In this document: positions 19,794 through 28,948 of the stretch, one piece after another
Position numbering within the stretch: the stretch's first letter is position 1
Layout: every line of letters begins with the position of its first letter
Assembly (NCBI GenBank): GCA_000092065.1
Contig: CP000588.1
Length of the DNA stretch: 64,000 bases
Direction: 5' to 3' (one strand)
Origin: Ostreococcus lucimarinus
Taxonomy: Eukaryota
Made by a program: the position numbers and the translations under genes
Notes under the pieces: model-generated
Seen by the model: only the letters and a program-made list of their open reading frames with translations
Database searches by the model: none
What the model was told of the DNA's origin: nothing

Positions 19794-21875
19794 CTAGTCC
19801 GAGTCGTGTTCGTCGTCGGCGATTTCGTCGGCGTTCTTCTTCGCTTTCGGGGTGAAACCATCCGTCATGAGCGTCTTCAAGTCTTCGCCGCTGAGTTTCG
19901 AGAGCTTCTTCGTCAACGCCCTGGAGAGGTTTTCGATTTCGGGCTCCATATCTTCGCAGAGCTCGCCCAAGAACGGAATGGCCTCCGGTAAGAGCTGCAA
20001 GTATTCCTCTTGGAGCTTGTCGACGATTTGTTCGATCGTCATGATGCTCAAGACGCGAGTACGGATCTTCGAGTCGCGCGAACACATGAGCACTGCGCGG
20101 TGCAACGGTTTCCAGTGAGCGTCATCGGGCGCCGCGGCGAGGAGCGACGCGCACGCACCGACTGCTTCAACACCGAAAGAACCTTCGCGCATGAACGTGT
20201 CGTAGTCGTCTTCGTCGGAATCCGACGGTGGCGCCGCCTTGAGCTGCTCGACCACCATCGGATAGAGCGAGTTGAAACGGTTCGACTCGATGAATCCGAC
20301 GTTGTCGTACTGGAAGCAACGTCTCAGAGCGGCGAGCGTCCACTTTCGCATGCGCCAGATATCGTGTTCTGACAAACTCTCGGCGTTCACGCTCTTGCGC
20401 TTCTTTTTCCCCGAGCTCGTTGGATCGGCGGCGACGTCCAGCGCCGCAGCCGCAAGATCGAGCAAGTGTCGGAAGAAGGGCACGAAGACGGCGCGAAGCT
20501 CGTCCGCGAGCGCGGCGGCGAGCCTGAAGAGCGCGGCGAGACGTGTGCGGGTGACATCGGCTTCGCCAGAACGCGCGCGCGCCCACTCGACGCACTGCAG
20601 GAAAAACGGCAAGAATTCACTTTCGGTGCACTTGAGCGCCAAGGCGACACAAGCGTCGACGGCTTTACCTTCGATGACGTCAAGAGCCTTCTCGGGGGCG
20701 CCCACCGGCGCATCACGCCTGATATCGAGCGCGCGTAGTACTATGCTGAATAATTGCTGTCTGTGTGCGTTCGTCGCCTTTGCAGAATCGCCGGCGGCGG
20801 CGATGATTTCGAGGAGCGCCGCGCACGACGCCGCGCCGTCTTCGCCGCCGTAAGTTAAGCACGAGTCCCAAGATTCCACCAGTGGCCGAATGAGCAATCG
20901 GAGCTCGACGACGTCTGGTAATTCTCCGCGAAGCTCCAACGCTAAATCATGTAAAGCCTTCGTCTCACCCGCTTCTGTGCCGGCTTCGCCATCGCACTGT
21001 GGCACCATTGCTGGGTGCAACGCGACCTTGATGATGTCTCCGAGAAAGGGTGAAATAAATCCGGCTACGTGCTTGACGAACATGCGCAGCGCAGCTAGGC
21101 ACGAGTGCGCAACGAGCACGAGCTCTCCCACATCGCTGTTGCCATGAAGCGCGTCTGCGCTCGCCAATGTAGTCTTAAGAAGTGCTGGTATCGCAGTGTT
21201 GACGACAGCGACCATACGAACACCCAAGATCTTTGAAAGCGTCGCCAACGACAGCGCCGCGGACGCTTTAAGCGTAGCTGACGCCCCTTCCAGCTGCGAG
21301 ATGACGGCGGGAACCACAGACAACAAGGGCTTCGTCGCCGCTTGTGCGACGCTGAAACGCACAGCAGCAGCTTCTAGAGCCATGAGCGCTGCCTGTGACG
21401 TCGTCACGCTCTTGGACTGAATCAACGCTGAAAGCTCTTCGATCAACGCGATACCCGCTTGCGTCTCCACATCATCTTCTTCCGTACTTTCGGTACTCGC
21501 GTTTTGTAGACGTTCGGTGACGAGTGTCAGCGCCTTTCGACGGACGCGCCCTTCCTTATGATCGAGTAATGGTGTCAACGCGCTCAAGAATGGACCCGAA
21601 GCCAGCAAGCCGTTGAGCGCGCTCAACAGACTTTGTCCGCTCGCCTCCGCCTTTGCCGCAAGTTTCGCTGGAGATTTACCTGGAGATTTTGATTTCTCTG
21701 ACGGCGTGCCATCATTAACTCCCACCGATTGCAAGAGCACAATAGCGGACTCAGCTAACGCGGCGTAACCCCTTTGAAGGCCTGCTTTCTCATCCTGATC
21801 CATCGGACGTTGTTGCGCACGAACGAATCGAGGCGAAGAGAGATGCTTGGCGGCGGACTCGGCGCACATGCGCAC
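19794..21875 (-). CDS. HEATR1: U3 snoRNP / SSU processome HEAT-repeat protein UTP10 (HEATR1), last exon (C-terminal about 690 aa)
   Basis: A HEAT/ARM-repeat ORF lies immediately downstream, on the same strand, of the ORF that carries the HEATR1 N-terminus. Only a 143-nt AT-richer gap (21876..22018) separates them. The combined size of about 2200 aa fits HEATR1/Utp10. Confidence 0.75.
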   Translation of the reverse strand: MRMCAESAAKHLSSPRFVRAQQRPMDQDEKAGLQRGYAALAESAIVLLQSVGVNDGTPSEKSKSPGKSPAKLAAKAEASGQSLLSALNGLLASGPFLSALTPLLDHKEGRVRRKALTLVTERLQNASTESTEEDDVETQAGIALIEELSALIQSKSVTTSQAALMALEAAAVRFSVAQAATKPLLSVVPAVISQLEGASATLKASAALSLATLSKILGVRMVAVVNTAIPALLKTTLASADALHGNSDVGELVLVAHSCLAALRMFVKHVAGFISPFLGDIIKVALHPAMVPQCDGEAGTEAGETKALHDLALELRGELPDVVELRLLIRPLVESWDSCLTYGGEDGAASCAALLEIIAAAGDSAKATNAHRQQLFSIVLRALDIRRDAPVGAPEKALDVIEGKAVDACVALALKCTESEFLPFFLQCVEWARARSGEADVTRTRLAALFRLAAALADELRAVFVPFFRHLLDLAAAALDVAADPTSSGKKKRKSVNAESLSEHDIWRMRKWTLAALRRCFQYDNVGFIESNRFNSLYPMVVEQLKAAPPSDSDEDDYDTFMREGSFGVEAVGACASLLAAAPDDAHWKPLHRAVLMCSRDSKIRTRVLSIMTIEQIVDKLQEEYLQLLPEAIPFLGELCEDMEPEIENLSRALTKKLSKLSGEDLKTLMTDGFTPKAKKNADEIADDEHDSD

Positions 21876-22018
21876 AATACGCCCTCCCTCGGAAGCAGAT
21901 TCCTGACAAGTCGAAAAAGTAGGTTAGTCGCGGCTTCATGGTGTCACGCTCGTGGCAAATCGCGTACGAGCGATTTCTCAGAAGGAAAGCAGCAGATTCG
22001 TATGTCTCATCAATGGAA
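21876..22018 (-). other. probable intron 2 of the UTP10/HEATR1 gene (exact splice sites not determined)
   Basis: A 143-nt AT-richer segment separates two same-strand HEAT-repeat ORFs that together match a single HEATR1 protein. There is a frame change between them. Confidence 0.55.
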
Positions 22019-25000
22019 TCAGAATCCTGACACAATGAATCTTTCATCATCGAAAATCAAACACGACACGAGCGGCGCTGAAAACTGTTTTGCGAGTCGA
22101 GTCATACGTACCTTGAGCGCGTCCACGAGTGCATTCACCGCAGAAATCGGGGTTTCGCGAACGAGTAGCGCGTCGAGTAATTCCGCGACCCATGCATCGT
22201 CATCGGCAACAGGTAGGTCAGAGGTATCCACTGCGGCGGCGTATGGAGCTCGCGCTTCTCGAGCAGACGATTCCAAAGACTTTGAACGGCGTATCAAATT
22301 CAAGATAATCGCCGGAAGCGCCTCGCCAGGGGGTGCCGCACGAACAAGCGCCGCACAAATGGGAGCACGTCGACGTGTGGGCGCATGAGGCAGCGAATCT
22401 ATGAGCCTGCTGACGACGTTCATTAACGATTCACCACTTTGTAACCACACCGGAACGACGGCAACGAGCGCACTCTCTAAAGCGCGTTGAGACAGTACAT
22501 CGTCGTTCGCAGCGGCACGAGCGGATAAAGCAGATCCGATGTCAAACACATGACTCAGGACCGCTTCCGGTTTCGTGTGCGCAATTTGTGCCAAGCACGC
22601 AAGCGCTGCGCTTCGCGCAGCGCCTTCGTCTACCTCGCGAACGGCGCGAATGATAAGCGGAACGTTCCACTGTTTTCCACCGACTTTTGCGAGCGCGAGA
22701 GACTCCAATGTACGCAAAGCGAGCGCTTCGAGATAACCTCCTGCAGCAACACCTGCCTCGTCGTCGTCTGACTCCTCAAAGTCTGAGTCTTCGTCCATCG
22801 TCTCGCGAGCTTTAGCTCGCGCAGCCGCATCATTCATCATCGCCTCTAGAAAGTTTTGACACGGCTCGACAAGCGTGTCGAGATTATCAGTCTTGTCAAG
22901 CTTCCACGCCAGCACTTCGAGCGAAGTAGCCGCTGCTTGCGTAGTTTCGCTCGAGCCGAGCGAGAGACTCGAATGTGCGTCATCGTCCGCCTTTTTACCT
23001 TTCTTCTTTGACGGCGGCGCTGTCGGTGCGTCAGCTAACGCAGCGTTCAACGTCTTAACGACATCCTTGGCGTCAATCGTCAGCGCGTCGACGGCATTTT
23101 GCGCTTCACGTCTCGAAATGTCGTCAGTATCGGCATTCACGGCGCTGAACAAAATCTTGAGCAGCTGTGATTTCGGCCCGCTATTTAACGCGGCGACGAA
23201 TTCACCAGATATCAGGTTGAACGCCGCAGTACGAACGGCCGAAGGTGAAGGCGCCACCATGCACCTAGACAAAATTGCCCATCCCTCGCCACCATCTTTG
23301 CCGAACGACTTGGCGAGCTCGGGTGTGTACACGTTCATAATCTCAACCATCAACGCCGCTTTTGCCGTTTTAGAGTCGTCTTCGAGCGTTTGTAAGCACC
23401 ATGAAAGCACCGGTAACAGTATTGAAGCCTTCGTCGTCGCATCGCCCAATCCGCGAGTCGTCGCAACTAAACATCTCGCACCGTACGCATCCATCGCCGG
23501 CCTTGTCTCGCTCGTCATTTCCTGTACCGGCTCCAAATACGCGGCCAATTCATCCGATGGCGACTTGGCGGCGTTCACACCGTCTTCGATAGCGCGGCAC
23601 AAAGCTGTGGCACCCTTCAGCGCGATCTCTTCGGCGGCCTTTGTTACGGATTTGACTATGTTGCTCGCTTTCTTGTCGCGCGCATATGCCGAAAGAAGTG
23701 CCGCGGCCGCCGCACGCACCGGCGACGCGGATGATGCGGCGGCAACGATTACTGGTGCGATTGGCGGCAACTTAGAACACGCGGTGCAGAGCTCCAAAGC
23801 GGCGACTTGCACTCGCGCGTCTTCAATCGATGGATCAGAGGCGAATTTGGACGCAAGGAAAGCGCTAGACCCCGCGGCACCGTAGCAACGATCGCACGCA
23901 TTCAGTACTTCACGCAGAAGCTCGCCGATTCGGGCGTCAAAAGCATCGTCCATACGACCAGTCTTCGTATCCTTCGCTTCGGTGGTGGCGAGAAGCTCAA
24001 AAGACTCGCTCAAGTACTCGTCGGCGTCAACACTCGACTTCTTTGAAGTACTCGCAAGAACTGCGCGCAAGACAGATCGATGGCACGACGGTAAAAACTT
24101 CCGAGCAGCTGAATCGCTCGACACGAGTTTGCACAAAGTCTCCGAATCCGGCAACGCGTCGGCAGGAAATATTTCGTCGTTTTGAACGCCTCGCACCTGT
24201 CCCACGCCACCTTCATTCCACGAGTCGCGAATGATGGCCCACGAAGCCGCGCGAAGCGCTGAAGCCGCGGCGGTCGACTTCCCGGACGTCTTCTCTATGG
24301 CAAGCTTACATGCAATGAAGAACGTCATTCTACCGATCCCAGTTGCGTCTCTGTACACTTCACGAAGCCACAGCACGCGTGACGTGTGTTCGTCGCCGCC
24401 CGTACCCCAATCGCTCGCTAAAGATTCCGCGAGCGCTGATAAAACAGCCTGATTGCACTTTTCCTCAAACATGCGTCGCTCGTCGCCGTCTTTGCTCGAT
24501 TTACTGTCCTCGGCGACGGATTTAAGAGAATCAGAGCGAATTCCGTCGAGTGCGGGATGTGGGCAACTTCTGGCGGCATTTAACGCCGACTTGGTGACGT
24601 TTCGAAGCGCCGGCGTCGTGGAGAAGAGAACATACTCATAAGCCAGCGCAGCAGCTCGACCTGCGAGCGCTGACGGCGCAGTGTGGTCTAGCGATTTCGA
24701 AAGCACGCCAATCGTCAGACGAAGCGCCCTCTTTGCTAAGCGGCGCTCGCCGTCGCTGTTCGGACTGCCCGCTACGATCGCCGTCATCGCCGCGCTCAAT
24801 CGCGCCTTGGCGGCGGCGAACAAGGCTACGTCATCGGAAACCATTCGACGCAACGAATCGAGGTCCATCGCCGCCGCAGCTACGCGCGGATCGTCATCTG
24901 ACACCCGTCGAAGCATAGCTGGACCGAGCGCAGACCCATTCTTAAGTGATGACGGGACGTCCTCCCCACCGTCGCCTTTATCTTTGCTCAACTGCGCCAG

Positions 25001-25918
25001 CTGCGCAATCGCGTTTTCTCGCAAACTAGCGTTGGGGTGATCAAGCGCAGCGTGAATTGACATCGCGTGTCCAATCATGGGCCCAGCAGCCGAACCGAGC
25101 AAAGCATCACGCAGGAAAGCCGCATCTTCTTCGCTAGCAACCATCTTCTCCTTCTTCTTCGTCACTTTCTCAGATGTCTTGTCTTTTCCGCTCTTTGCCG
25201 CAGCACCGCGGAAAATAAAATCTACCGCCTCGCTCGTGGCGACAGGTCGGCACTGATCGGCCAGTTTCAACACCGATTTGGCCATATCTGCCGCGGCTGT
25301 ACTTTTCTTTGCAGTTTGCAACAGTACAGGCAACGCCGCGATGAAATGCTTCCCCGTCAGCGGAACCTTTTCAATCACTCCTCGCAAGACGCGTTCATAA
25401 TTCGAGTGCACGTCGGCAAACTCGGCGAGTGAACGCATGAGCGGGATTGAAAACGCATCCGCACGATAGCTGTGTTCCAAATCCGCGACTAATTCTTCCA
25501 ACTCGGGAATTTTCACCAAATGCTTGAACGCGCGCTCGGGCAAAGCCTTGACGCGCTGCGTTTGGCACAGAGCCAGCATCGCCTGCAAAGCCTGCGAGTG
25601 CAAAGGTACTCGCGTACCCTTGGCGATTCCTTCGAGTAGCGCCTCCACGAGCGGCTCACCCATTTTCGTGCGAGCCGCGAGCTGGGTCGCAACCATGAGC
25701 GCGCCCGCAAATTGCTCCGAATTCGCAGTCGACGCCAAGCCGGCTTCGAGATACGGCAAAAGGCGCGTCGTCACCGTTGGATCGACTTCCTTCATCAGGC
25801 CTATCGCCTCCGTGATGAGCACGGCGTAGAACGCCGACGTCGTTCCAACGTTTCCCTGTGAAATGAAAAATATATTGTTAGTTTCACGAGTACTCGTGCG
25901 CGTGATTAAACGATCCAA
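22019..25918 (-). CDS. HEATR1: UTP10/HEATR1, central exon (about 1300 aa of HEAT repeats)
   Basis: A long alpha-helical repeat ORF. Its N-terminal region (...GNVGTTSAFYAVLITEAIGLMKEVDPTVTTRLLPYLEAGL) continues the alignment with human HEATR1 (...LRVLLAFYASTIVSAL...KLFPYIQKGL) directly after exon 1. Confidence 0.85.
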   Translation of the reverse strand: MDRLITRTSTRETNNIFFISQGNVGTTSAFYAVLITEAIGLMKEVDPTVTTRLLPYLEAGLASTANSEQFAGALMVATQLAARTKMGEPLVEALLEGIAKGTRVPLHSQALQAMLALCQTQRVKALPERAFKHLVKIPELEELVADLEHSYRADAFSIPLMRSLAEFADVHSNYERVLRGVIEKVPLTGKHFIAALPVLLQTAKKSTAAADMAKSVLKLADQCRPVATSEAVDFIFRGAAAKSGKDKTSEKVTKKKEKMVASEEDAAFLRDALLGSAAGPMIGHAMSIHAALDHPNASLRENAIAQLAQLSKDKGDGGEDVPSSLKNGSALGPAMLRRVSDDDPRVAAAAMDLDSLRRMVSDDVALFAAAKARLSAAMTAIVAGSPNSDGERRLAKRALRLTIGVLSKSLDHTAPSALAGRAAALAYEYVLFSTTPALRNVTKSALNAARSCPHPALDGIRSDSLKSVAEDSKSSKDGDERRMFEEKCNQAVLSALAESLASDWGTGGDEHTSRVLWLREVYRDATGIGRMTFFIACKLAIEKTSGKSTAAASALRAASWAIIRDSWNEGGVGQVRGVQNDEIFPADALPDSETLCKLVSSDSAARKFLPSCHRSVLRAVLASTSKKSSVDADEYLSESFELLATTEAKDTKTGRMDDAFDARIGELLREVLNACDRCYGAAGSSAFLASKFASDPSIEDARVQVAALELCTACSKLPPIAPVIVAAASSASPVRAAAAALLSAYARDKKASNIVKSVTKAAEEIALKGATALCRAIEDGVNAAKSPSDELAAYLEPVQEMTSETRPAMDAYGARCLVATTRGLGDATTKASILLPVLSWCLQTLEDDSKTAKAALMVEIMNVYTPELAKSFGKDGGEGWAILSRCMVAPSPSAVRTAAFNLISGEFVAALNSGPKSQLLKILFSAVNADTDDISRREAQNAVDALTIDAKDVVKTLNAALADAPTAPPSKKKGKKADDDAHSSLSLGSSETTQAAATSLEVLAWKLDKTDNLDTLVEPCQNFLEAMMNDAAARAKARETMDEDSDFEESDDDEAGVAAGGYLEALALRTLESLALAKVGGKQWNVPLIIRAVREVDEGAARSAALACLAQIAHTKPEAVLSHVFDIGSALSARAAANDDVLSQRALESALVAVVPVWLQSGESLMNVVSRLIDSLPHAPTRRRAPICAALVRAAPPGEALPAIILNLIRRSKSLESSAREARAPYAAAVDTSDLPVADDDAWVAELLDALLVRETPISAVNALVDALKVRMTRLAKQFSAPLVSCLIFDDERFIVSGF

Positions 25919-25930
25919 TCGCCGTGGAAA
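25880..25930 (-). other. probable short intron 1 of UTP10/HEATR1 (approximate; candidate donor AAG|GTGCGT just upstream)
   Basis: The exon-1 frame terminates in an AT-rich island (aaatgaaaaatatattgttagtttcac) while the exon-2 frame opens within it. The HEATR1 alignment continues across the gap. Confidence 0.5.
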
Positions 25931-26592
25931 ACAAACAAAAAAGTCGTCGCCGGCGCCTCGAAGTCACGCACCTTTGCCGTCGCCATCTCCGTCGCACTCT
26001 GCGCACAAAACGTAAAAAATGCCTTATCCTTCGAACATCGCACCGCCAACGCATCTCTCGGCGGCGCCGCGCCCGTCTCTTTCACCCCACCCAACCACTT
26101 AAAATGCCTACTATTCTCCAACTGACACGTCTGCGTCGCTTTGACGAACGCCGCCGTCCCGTGCCACGGCAATCCACACGCGATGAGCGCGTCCACGTCG
26201 TACACGTGTATCTTAAACCGCCGAATCAAGTATTCAAGCGTCTCACTCGCGCACCGTTCGTTAAAGTACCCGCTCAGCAACCGCAAATATCCCTCCACGC
26301 GCGCGCTCGTCGCCGCGAGTTCCTCCGCCGTCTCCAACTCCCTGTGTTTCCCCTCCGCCACGCTTCGCGCGAACAGCGTCTTCGCGTGTAGTTCGAACCG
26401 CCCGTCCCTTCGGCACAGCTCTTCGAATCCTCGCGCGCCGATCGCGTGCGCGGTCTCGCGATCGACGTCCGCGGCGTCTTTGACGTCGTACAGCAGCGAC
26501 GCCTTCGCGTTCTTTCCGATGCGTCGCTCGTGCGCGCCGGCGCGCTCCTGGAGCCCGCGCAGGGCGTCCGCGAGGGCGGTGGACGGCGCCAT
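25931..26592 (-). CDS. HEATR1: UTP10/HEATR1, first exon (N-terminal about 220 aa); the 3' boundary is approximate
   Basis: ATG at 26592. MAPSTALADALRGLQ...ASLLYDVKDAADVDRETAHAIGARGFEELC...LEYLIRRFKIHVYDVDALIACGLPWHGTAAFVKATQ aligns block by block with the human HEATR1 N-terminus (SLLFDPKEAATIDRDTAFAIGCTGLEEL / LEWLIHRFHIHLYNQDSLIACVLPYHETRIFVRVIQ). The frame closes at 25906 inside an AT-rich stretch (tgaaatgaaaaatatattgttagtttcac), which looks like a short intron. Confidence 0.85.
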
Positions 26593-26836
26593 CGCGCGTC
26601 GGTCGCTCGACGTCCTCGCGGCGCGCGCGACGCGAGCGACGCGCGCGACGTCGAGTGCCGCCGCCGCCGCCGGCGTCGCGCCGACGTCGCGCGCGCGTTA
26701 CATGGCGATCCATCGCGCTCGTGTACGCGAAAATGCTCGTATCGTGGACCCATGTAAGCCGATGTGGTGACGCGACGCCCACGCGACCGCGCGGCACACG
26801 CCGACGCGCGATCGCGGGCTCGACGTCGCGCGCGCG

Positions 26837-27267
26837 ATGGAGGCGTACAGGAACAAGTTCATCGCCACGGGGAAGTTCGCGCCGCTGAAACACTTCATGG
26901 TGCGCGCGCGAGAGACGCGCGCGAGGGATCGTTCGCGACGCGAACGTTCGAATGAATGCGCGCGCGGAACGACGACGACGCGACGACGGCGCGCGAGGGC
27001 GCGAGGACTGACGGAAGAACGCGCGCGCGATAGGTGGGCGTGTTCGTGCTGGCGTTCGGGTTGGAGACGTATCATCATCACAAGTACCACGGGGAGCATG
27101 ACCACGGCGACGAGGGCCACGGGGACGGCGCGGAGGCGGCGAACGGGGCGGCGGCGAACAGCGCGAGGGAACGGGCGGCGCTGGGAAGCTTGGACGGGGC
27201 GCAGATGGAGGTGGAGGAATTGCGGGAGAAGGTGAAGGCGATGCGGGAGACTATGATGGGGCGGTGA
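26837..27267 (+). CDS. possible small two-exon gene for a single-pass membrane protein with a His-rich tail (about 98 aa); speculative
   Basis: A real ATG at 26837 gives MEAYRNKFIATGKFAPLKHFM, followed immediately by GTGCGC. This could be a GT donor near 26900. A candidate ...gatag| acceptor near 27033 brings in frame a hydrophobic helix plus His-rich segment VGVFVLAFGLETYHHHKYHGEHDHGDEGHGDG...EVEELREKVKAMRETMMGR (the track ORF 27034..27267 starts on a GTG). Both halves are protein-like, unlike the Arg-rich alternative frames. Confidence 0.25.
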
Positions 27268-27469
27268 GGAGGACTTCGGCGAGGCGAGGCGAGGCGATAC
27301 CCTCGCGTAGTCGGTTTTTGTTTTGGTAATACTCAGTTAAATGTACAAAAGCGCCGCGGCTTATTCGATCGACAATGCGCGTCGGTCGTCGTGTGATGCG
27401 TCTGATGCGCGCGGGCGTCGCTTTCGCGAGCGCTAGCTATCGCGGACGCGGGCAAAAAAACAAGTCTCG

Positions 27470-28198
27470 TCACTTGACGCCGTTGGCGTTGAGACGTACG
27501 GCTTCCAACTCGCCGCGAACGTGCAGGTCCGTGGACGTCGAGTTCACGCGTTTAGCTGAGTTTATCGGAGGTGCACTCACCGGCGTGTCGCTTCCTTCGC
27601 GTTCATCGCGTTTCGTTCCGCGCTGCGCGTCCACGGATCGATTGTTGTGCGCGAACTCGTCGCCGTCGACGACGATGCGTTCGCTCGGCGAAAGCGGTTC
27701 GTCTTCGCTGTCGGAATCGCTCGGTGACTTTGAAGGCTCGGCGTCGTGCTTCCACGTGCCCCCGTCCATGGGATCGTGCACCCAATACTTCTCTCTGAAC
27801 GTGTCACGCCCGGGGTAGATGTCTGGGGTGATGACGTCGTCGCCGCCGCGCAACCAACTCATGCACATCACGAGGCACTGTCGCGCCGTCGGGCGCTTGG
27901 CTGGATTCGTCTGCGTCGCTAATCGACCTAATTCACGAATAAACTCAACCTCGTCGGCGTTCGTTTTCCTCGTTCGTCGTCGCAACTGTTCGACGAGCTG
28001 AAAACACATCACTCCGTACCCGTATATGTCGCTCGAACAGTCGTACGGCGCCCCGCTCTCGACTTCGGGCGCGCGATACTTTGGCGGTCCAATTTTGGGC
28101 GTCAACCGCGGGTTCACGTCCTCTCGCGCGGACGTCGTCCCACCCGGAAGCACGCGCGCGAGTCCAAAATCCGTCAGCTTGGCCGTTTGATAATCCTA
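27470..28198 (-). CDS. Ser/Thr protein kinase, exon 2 (DFG motif to C-terminus)
   Basis: The acceptor ...ggtag| lies near 28199. Exon 2 then reads DYQTAKLTDFGLARVLPGGTTSAREDV...PKYRAPEVESGAPYDCSSDIYGYGVMCFQLV.... Joining the exons gives a contiguous kinase domain (HRD...DFG...APE). The intron is about 108 nt. Confidence 0.75.
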
Positions 28199-28306
28199 CC
28201 GCCGCGCGAAATCGCCGAAACCGTCAGTCGAGATATTTTCTCTCCCCCTCGCGTCGCCTCGCGTCTCGCGTCGCGTCTCTTCGTCTCGTCCCCATCCCAC
28301 GCGTAC

Positions 28307-28753
28307 CTCGGATATCAGCACATTCCTCGCCTTCACATCCCTATGCACGTGTCCCGCCGCGTGCACGCGCGTCAGCGCTCTCGCCACGTCCGCCAGCGCC
28401 TTCACTCGATTCGTCTCGTTCACCACTCGCTTGCTCCGCAGCGAGTGCGGCACGAACTCCATCACCATGTGACAATCGCCCCTCTCGATGAACGCCCCGT
28501 ACACGCGCGTGATGTTCGGGTGCGCGAACGCGTTCAGGTACCACAGATCGCGCTTCAGGCCGGCGATTCGGTCCGGTCGCGCGTTCGCCGTGACTTTTAT
28601 CGCCACGGGTTCGCCGAGGAGTTCGCCGCGGTAAACCTTGCCGAACGAGCCGTCGCCGACTTGGCGCCACGCGTCGCGGTGCGTGAGGTCGTCCGGGTCG
28701 AAGCCGAGGGGGGCGTTGGCGCACGGGATGAGCGTCGCGTCGGGGTGCGGCAT
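28307..28753 (-). CDS. Ser/Thr protein kinase, exon 1 (N-lobe through catalytic loop)
   Basis: ATG at 28753. The glycine loop and Lys are VGDGSFGKVYRGELLGEPVAIKV. The catalytic loop is HRDVKARNVLISE. The codon for E is followed directly by GTACGCGTG on the coding strand, which serves as the donor. The track ORF 28196..28753 continues into the intron. Confidence 0.8.
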
Positions 28754-28948
28754 CGCGCGACGCCGCGGGCGCGCGCGCGGCGGCGAGTGGCGGCGATCCC
28801 ACCGATTCGGTTACGGAATTGCGCTTTTTCATCAGTCGCCGGGGGCGCGCGAGGGAGGCGAGAGGGGAGGCGAGCGCGGAGGCGAGATCGCGGACGAGGG
28901 GGGAGAGCATCGAGACGGGGACGGCGCGAGGCGATGAAATACAGGAGG

